Assembly: GCF_000014265.1 (NCBI RefSeq)
Contig: NC_008312.1
Coordinates: forward strand, 2,760,001 to 2,792,000
DNA length: 32,000 bases
Source: Trichodesmium erythraeum IMS101
GTDB lineage: Bacteria; Cyanobacteriota; Cyanobacteriia; Cyanobacteriales; Microcoleaceae
Reading direction: 5' to 3'
The notes under the pieces are model-generated. The model had not been told where the DNA came from, did not search any database, and saw nothing but the letters and a program-made list of their open reading frames with translations. The translations under genes were made by a program, and so were the position numbers. Below are positions 27,136 to 32,000 of this stretch, in pieces. The first letter of the stretch is position 1, and each line of letters opens with the position of its first letter.

Positions 27136-27761
27136 TTAGTCTAAATCTTGAAAACTGTAAAAAGTAATATTTTTGATAAAACTATCTGCTGTTAATTTAG
27201 CAAATTGTCAAATTGTGGCATTTGAAACAATGCCAAAAACTATCAATTCTAGATTGTTATTTAATTTTTGATCAGCCACCATTTCTGCTAAATATTTTCC
27301 CAAACCTTCATCAAATTTATCTTTTTTTTGCTATGACTAAAAGTAGATAAGGTTTGTCAAAGATAACTTTTCCTAGAGGATAAGGTTTAGCCTGAATATA
27401 TTCATAAAATCCAAACAGATGATGATTGTAAATTAGAGATTGATAACTCCATAAAATCAACTTACTGCAATAAGACTTCCATATTTATTTTAAAACTGGA
27501 TAAATCAAATTTTCACAGAATTTTCACAGATAGCAAATTCTGAATTATCAACTATATTTATTTTAAAACTGGATAAATCAAATTTTCACAGATAGCAAAT
27601 TCTGAATTATCAACTATTCCTTCCCCTATGACTATTTGTATGTCATTTTTGAAATACTCAGGAATATTAAACCTTGTCTCAATAATAAAATCAGTTTCTT
27701 TGTAAATAATCTGAATTTTTTGGAGAACTGCACTAATACTTTTGTAACAACTAAAAGACAT
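27136..27761 (-). pseudogene. PD-(D/E)XK / HsdR-N-terminal-like nuclease-fold gene, disrupted
   Basis: The 67-aa ORF 27558..27761 ends ..NSEFAICENLIYPVLK inside a tandem duplication. Downstream pieces in other frames read LWSYQSLIYNHHLFGFYEYIQAKPYPLGKVIFDKPYLLLVIAKK and KDKFDEGLGKYLAEMVADQKLNNNLELIVFGIVSNATI(stop)QFAKL. These resemble the cyanobacterial family pattern ..viEAKk.d...G..Q..aYm.a......vyGivTnG..W.F.kL. There is at least one frameshift and one in-frame stop. Confidence 0.4.
27481..27615 (+). repeat. 62-bp tandem duplication with a nested 11-bp duplication
   Basis: Copy 1 is 27481-27553 (73 bp, containing attttcacaga twice). Copy 2 is 27554-27615 (62 bp). They are otherwise identical. 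Neither length is a multiple of 3. Confidence 0.9.
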
Positions 27762-27807
27762 ATTTTTTTAGATACAAAATTACTTATATTTTTGTGGGTT
27801 GGGTTTG

Positions 27808-27843
27808 AAAAACTAAAACTAAAACTAAAACTAAAACTAAAAC
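27808..27843 (+). repeat. hexamer microsatellite (AAAACT)x6
   Basis: Read directly from the sequence. It lies about 220 nt beyond the stop of the deacetylase gene. Confidence 0.9.
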
Positions 27844-28061
27844 TAATAAGGATATAAAGAGGGAATTTAATATCTTTTTATAAGCTGTTTTAATAGCTAA
27901 ATTTAAAATAGCTAAATTAAAGGGATATTACCTTGATTATTTTGAATATCAATTTCAATTTATAAATCTCTCACCCGAAAATTTTAGGGTGGAGAATGAA
28001 AACTTCCTAGTTCTGACTTCGCGGCTTCTGACTTCTGAGTTGCCCGTAGCCCTATAACTTC

Positions 28062-28973
28062 TCAAAGCCGATACTGGTAAAACACGTCTCGGGCAGCACG
28101 ATGCAATAATGAATGAGTGTAAACCAATGAATTCATATCCTTAGTATAGCCACCGCCAATGACAGAAGCCACTGGATAACCTTTTCCTAGACAGGTACTT
28201 AATACTTGCATCTCCCGCCGGAATATTCCTGTATCTGTTAAAGCTAATTTTCCTAAAGCATCATGGATATGGGTATCAACTCCCGCATCATACAATACCA
28301 AATCTGGCTTGACTTCTGATAGCAAATATGGTAAGTGTTGTGCTAATGTCTGGAGATAAAGCTCGTCATCCATTCCTTCTGGTAAAGGTACATCTAGATC
28401 GCTAACTTGTTTTCTACTAGGAAAGTTTATACCACAGTGCATAGAAAATGTAAATACAGTAGGATCATCTTGAAATATCCAGGCAGTGCCATCTCCTTGA
28501 TGTACGTCTAAATCTACTATTAAAACTTTTTCAACTAATCCTAATTTTTGCATCACACGAGTGGCGATCGCTAAATCATTAAAAATACAGAACCCAGATC
28601 CATAACTGGGAAATGCATGATGAGTACCACCAGCAGTATTACAAGCTAAACCATGTTTGAGGGCTAACTGTGCTGTTAATATTGTACCACCCACAGCAAT
28701 GCAAGTTCGATTTGCTAATGCTTGACTCCAGGGCAAACCAATACGTCTTTGTGCTTTTGGGTCTAAAGTTCCCTGACAATATTTTTTTATATAGTTGGGA
28801 TGATGTATTAATTCTATCCATTCTAAAGGTGGAAAATTTGGAGTCAAGAAATAGTTTGTTACCTCATCTACCAATAACATTTCATAAAGTAATTGAAATT
28901 TTGCCATGGGAAAGCGATGACCAGGTGGAATTGGTGCCACATAATTAGGATGATAAATAACTGGTAAATTCAT
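28062..28973 (-). CDS. histone deacetylase-family (Zn-dependent deacetylase/amidohydrolase) protein
   Basis: 303 aa. GGTHHAFPSYGSGFCIFNDLAIA carries the catalytic His pair, DLDVHQGDGT carries the Zn ligands, and VIGGGY is also present. Confidence 0.9.
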   Translation of the reverse strand: MNLPVIYHPNYVAPIPPGHRFPMAKFQLLYEMLLVDEVTNYFLTPNFPPLEWIELIHHPNYIKKYCQGTLDPKAQRRIGLPWSQALANRTCIAVGGTILTAQLALKHGLACNTAGGTHHAFPSYGSGFCIFNDLAIATRVMQKLGLVEKVLIVDLDVHQGDGTAWIFQDDPTVFTFSMHCGINFPSRKQVSDLDVPLPEGMDDELYLQTLAQHLPYLLSEVKPDLVLYDAGVDTHIHDALGKLALTDTGIFRREMQVLSTCLGKGYPVASVIGGGYTKDMNSLVYTHSLLHRAARDVFYQYRL

Positions 28974-28983
28974 TAATTAAGTC

Positions 28984-29050
28984 AAAAAATTAAAACTAAA
29001 AAATTAAAACTAAAAAATTAAAACTAAAAAATTAAAACTAAAAAATTAAA
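28984..29050 (+). repeat. 14-bp tandem repeat (AAAAAATTAAAACT), about 4.8 copies
   Basis: Units at 28984, 28998, 29012 and 29026, plus a partial unit at 29040. The array begins 11 nt upstream of the deacetylase start codon at 28973 on the minus strand. Confidence 0.9.
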
Positions 29051-29324
29051 TTTTTTCTAAGTATTCAGGTCTTTGCTGACGTTATTTTTACTTATTCTAG
29101 ATTGTGTCATGGTAATTTTCATGCTTTTGAGATAGGAGATACAAATTCGATGTGTCAAATATTTGCTGTCAAAACAGGAAAAAGTATTGATCAAAAATAG
29201 CTATGAATTGTAATCATAATATCTGAAAATTGGTGAATTGAAATATCCTTCAATTAAAATGAAACAAACTTTCTCTTGAATAACCTAAGTTTTTTTTAAA
29301 TAAATATTTAGGCGATCGCCGAGC

Positions 29325-30863
29325 CTAGCAGACCACCATATCGCCAAAAATAGAAGGTGAAGTTAGTAAAAATATAAACAAATTCACCATATATAGTGCT
29401 ACCCCTAAATTCTGAAAACAATCAAGTAAAAACTTAACTTCTAACTTCCGTTTCCCAATATTCTCCTCTTCCACTAATTGAATATCAACATCATAGTCGC
29501 CAGTATCTAAAAAATTAACTTTTCTGAGAGCTCCAGATACAGACAAATCTAATAATAATTTCTCCCGAACACCTTCAGTATTTGGTTTAGTTTGCTCGCT
29601 AATTGTTTTCCTCAAAGCTATAGTTGCATCATACGCAGTCATAGCTCGCCAACTCACACTTGAGGTTCTCCAAATTTCTTGAGAGCGTTTGAGGAAACTT
29701 GAATTAGTCTGACCTCCTTCAATATCCCATGGCATAGCTACAACCATTTTTAAAGCATTATCTTGACTTTGCTCAATAGTCTTTGCAGAATAGATACCAT
29801 CTCCAGTTACTATTGTTAATTTCCCTTTTTTCCCTCGAACTAATTCCAGAGCTTGATCTAAATAATCTGAACTGATAGCTAGTATTACAATATTTGCTGA
29901 ATTTCTTTTTGCTTTGCTTAGAACATTAGTCGCTTTCTCACCCCAGTCTTCAAGATTTTCTGACCATGTAGCTAGATCGCAGTCTGAGTATTCGCTCAGA
30001 ACAACATTCAAATTCCCTAACTCAGAGATAAATTCTTGACTTAGGAATTTGCTGTAGTTGCTATCTGAGTTATAAAACACTACTAGTTTTAATGAATTTA
30101 ACTGACCTTGAGCATATTTGGCTAAAGCATTTGTCGCAGCTTGATCACTAGGTACAGTAAGAAAAAAATAAGAGGTGTTATCTATCAGATCAACAGAGGT
30201 AATAATAGGAGAAATAGATACAAGCTGATAATTTTGATAACTCTTAGCTGTTGGCAGGGAAGTATCACTTGAGTAATGTTCAACCACTCCTAGTATTTCC
30301 TTTGTCTTTGCTAACTCTGTGGCAACTTCTTCTGCAATTTGTGTACTGTTATTAGGATCATCATCATCATCAACAATTGTTACCTTCAGCATTCTGCTAT
30401 CAACTAACCTAGAGTTGTTCCCATGAAACTGAGCATGGGGAACTCCATGCAAAACTTCTAGAGAACCATTCAAATTACTACTAATTTGCATAGATACAGC
30501 TATGGTATAGTAGGGATATTCGACTTTTAGATTATTGATAAAAATTCGTGCTTCTGGATGATTAGGTTTTGATTTCAAGTAATTAGTGAAAATTTTAATT
30601 GCATTATCATAATTGCCGTCGGCAACTGAACGAACTGTTTTTTCTCTTTGAAGTTTAAAGCTTTTTTGGGCAAATGCTAATGATTTTTCTCCAAATGTAA
30701 TATTATCTGAAACAGTGCTAACTTCAGGTTGAAAAGGATTAAAAACACATAAAATTATAACAAAGAGTATGAAACTAAGGAGTATCAGTCTTAGCAGTTT
30801 AATGTTTAATATTTGGCTCATATAAATAGAAATAAGAAAAATTCCCTTCAAATCAACTAACAT
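29325..30863 (-). CDS. membrane-anchored periplasmic ligand-binding domain protein (LivK/Peripla_BP_6-like), probably the sensor part of a former Ser/Thr kinase
   Basis: 512 aa. TM segment LLRLILLSFILFVIILCVF, then a TPR-like piece, then YTIAVSMQISS..., ILGVVEHYSSDTSLPTAKSYQNYQLVSISPIITS and VVAMPW. These resemble the branched-chain amino-acid-binding fold found in cyanobacterial receptor proteins. The ATG at 30821 (MSQILN) is an alternative start. The odd hydrophobic roughly 35-aa C-terminal tail may be run-on. Confidence 0.6.
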   Translation of the reverse strand: MLVDLKGIFLISIYMSQILNIKLLRLILLSFILFVIILCVFNPFQPEVSTVSDNITFGEKSLAFAQKSFKLQREKTVRSVADGNYDNAIKIFTNYLKSKPNHPEARIFINNLKVEYPYYTIAVSMQISSNLNGSLEVLHGVPHAQFHGNNSRLVDSRMLKVTIVDDDDDPNNSTQIAEEVATELAKTKEILGVVEHYSSDTSLPTAKSYQNYQLVSISPIITSVDLIDNTSYFFLTVPSDQAATNALAKYAQGQLNSLKLVVFYNSDSNYSKFLSQEFISELGNLNVVLSEYSDCDLATWSENLEDWGEKATNVLSKAKRNSANIVILAISSDYLDQALELVRGKKGKLTIVTGDGIYSAKTIEQSQDNALKMVVAMPWDIEGGQTNSSFLKRSQEIWRTSSVSWRAMTAYDATIALRKTISEQTKPNTEGVREKLLLDLSVSGALRKVNFLDTGDYDVDIQLVEEENIGKRKLEVKFLLDCFQNLGVALYMVNLFIFLLTSPSIFGDMVVC

Positions 30864-30989
30864 TAGTTATTAGGGAGATTAGCATATTTTTTTTCACTTC
30901 TCTTCTACTCCCACATTCCCCTTCCTAACGAGGGGTTGAAAGACTTTTTAAACTTTTTTTAGAGAGTAATTGATTTTGATAGCTTGAGT

Positions 30990-31630
30990 TTGAATTAAGT
31001 CAAAATTTTCACCGTCAGTGTTAAGGTGTCCTTTTAGAGCATCCATTGTCAACAAATGCTCCTGAGCCCAGAGGTGGCCATTGTTATCCTGAATAGATTC
31101 CCGGTTTCCATATTACAGGTATCACAAACCGTCGGCAAGCCCGAACATCGTCTTGAAAAGCTTCCAGGGTCTCCATTTATATAAATTACTTAAAGTTGTT
31201 TTGTGTAGGGAAATCTGCCGTTCGATCTTTCTTTGTGTCCAAGTTTGATTAATTTGCTGTCAACCTCGGCCAGAAAATTGCTCTGCTTCTAAAACTTCGG
31301 TTAATAGTTTAATGGCTTCATTTTTTGTTAATCTATTCTTAAAATAAATCTCTTTTGCTAAGTTATGTGCTTCAAGAAATTGTTGTACTAAATAACATTG
31401 CTTTCCCTCTTCAAAATATTCAAAAAATGTAGGTATTTGATTATGTTGTCTCAGATTTTTTTTTCATGTTTAACAATCTTTATTTATGACAAGCTTTTAG
31501 CGACTAGAAAAATTTGTGTTCGGGGATCTGATGAAGGTATTTGTTTGACAATACATTGAGGGTCATTAGGGTGGTCTAAATTAATTGCTAGGTAAGTAGT
31601 TATAAAGTTACCTTTTCCTAACTCAGACTC
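30990..31630 (-). pseudogene. Ser/Thr protein kinase catalytic domain, decayed
   Basis: Minus-strand fragments:
- ELGKGNFITTYLAINLDHPNDPQCIVKQIPSSDPRTQIFLVAKSLS(stop): degenerate Gly loop and VxK region, with no start codon.
- After the A9 run (plus-strand T-run 31456-31464), in another frame: LRQHNQIPTFFEYFEEGKQCYLVQQFLEAHNLAKEIYFKNRLTKNEAIKLLTEVLEA.
- KLFKTMFGLADGL: a DFG-like block reading MFG.
- HLWAQEHLLTMD: a subdomain IX-like block. Confidence 0.5.
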
Positions 31631-31659
31631 CTAAATCAGATATAATTTTACAATGATTG

Positions 31660-31850
31660 ATAAGTATTTTGTTAATCATTATTTTTCTGATGAAGTTAAA
31701 TCAATTTTTATAACTCAGGAGCCATAAAATTAAGTTACAGTAGTTTAATGTTTTTATAAGTATTTTGTTAATTATTGTTTTTCTGGTGAAGTTAAATCAA
31801 TTTTTATAACTCAGGAGTCATAAAATTAAGTTATAGTAGTTTAATATTTT
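31660..31850 (+). repeat. 96-bp tandem duplication, two copies
   Basis: ataagtattttgttaat begins at 31660 and again at 31756. I count about 6 differences between the copies. Confidence 0.88.
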
Positions 31851-32000
31851 AGTTTAAATATGTTGACTTTTGCGGGGGATTATTACTCTATCTACTGGGT
31901 AATATTTTTGACAAATTCTTTGTAAACTGGAATATAAGTTTTAGGTTTATGAAGTACAGCAAAAGTGATTTATCCAGTAGTTTTTGAACTGTTAAATAAA

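Noticed and set aside
27636-27857. Plus-strand ORF 27636..27857 ending in LKLKLKLKLKL
   Set aside because: The C-terminus is simply the translation of the (AAAACT)6 microsatellite, and the remainder is antisense to the nuclease-fold relic.

Overview
This window looks like AT-rich cyanobacterial chromosome. It has 11 perfect HIP1 octamers (GCGATCGC), the gene set includes chlP, tatC and plsX-fabH-plsC, and only about 55% of the sequence is coding by my own tally. That style fits a filamentous marine cyanobacterium such as Trichodesmium, but the organism call is inference only.

Confident housekeeping genes:
- gpsA, tatC and a PBP4-type D-Ala-D-Ala carboxypeptidase
- plsX, fabH and plsC
- a DUF2288-like protein, a DUF218/YdcF protein and a DUF1499 protein
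- chlP, an NTF2/SnoaL-like protein and a histone-deacetylase-family protein

The gaps between them are large and hold accessory or decayed material:
1. A 977-aa NLR-architecture protein joins a lipase-like alpha/beta-hydrolase, an NB-ARC STAND ATPase and a TPR array. The TPR array consists of near-identical 126-bp units that differ at only a few codons. This is my top candidate for an uncharacterised immunity or cell-death module.
2. A tRNA-Arg(CCU) gene next to it is split by a 245-nt group I intron. The intron carries an internal copy of its own splice junctions.
3. A 4 x 263-bp near-perfect tandem array sits after gpsA. Each unit has a promoter-like element and a hairpin plus T8 terminator, so it may be a multi-copy small-RNA locus.
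4. Two stand-alone paralogous AAA-like (AAA_35 type) ATPase genes are each isolated by about 1 kb of non-coding DNA.
5. Several gene relics are present: a collapsed TnpB, a Ser/Thr kinase fused to a LivK-like sensor, and a PD-(D/E)XK-like gene broken by a nested tandem duplication.
6. Short tandem repeats are abundant, including TAACTGA-type heptamer tracts directly in front of start codons.

All family assignments come from motif recognition by eye. No searches were run.
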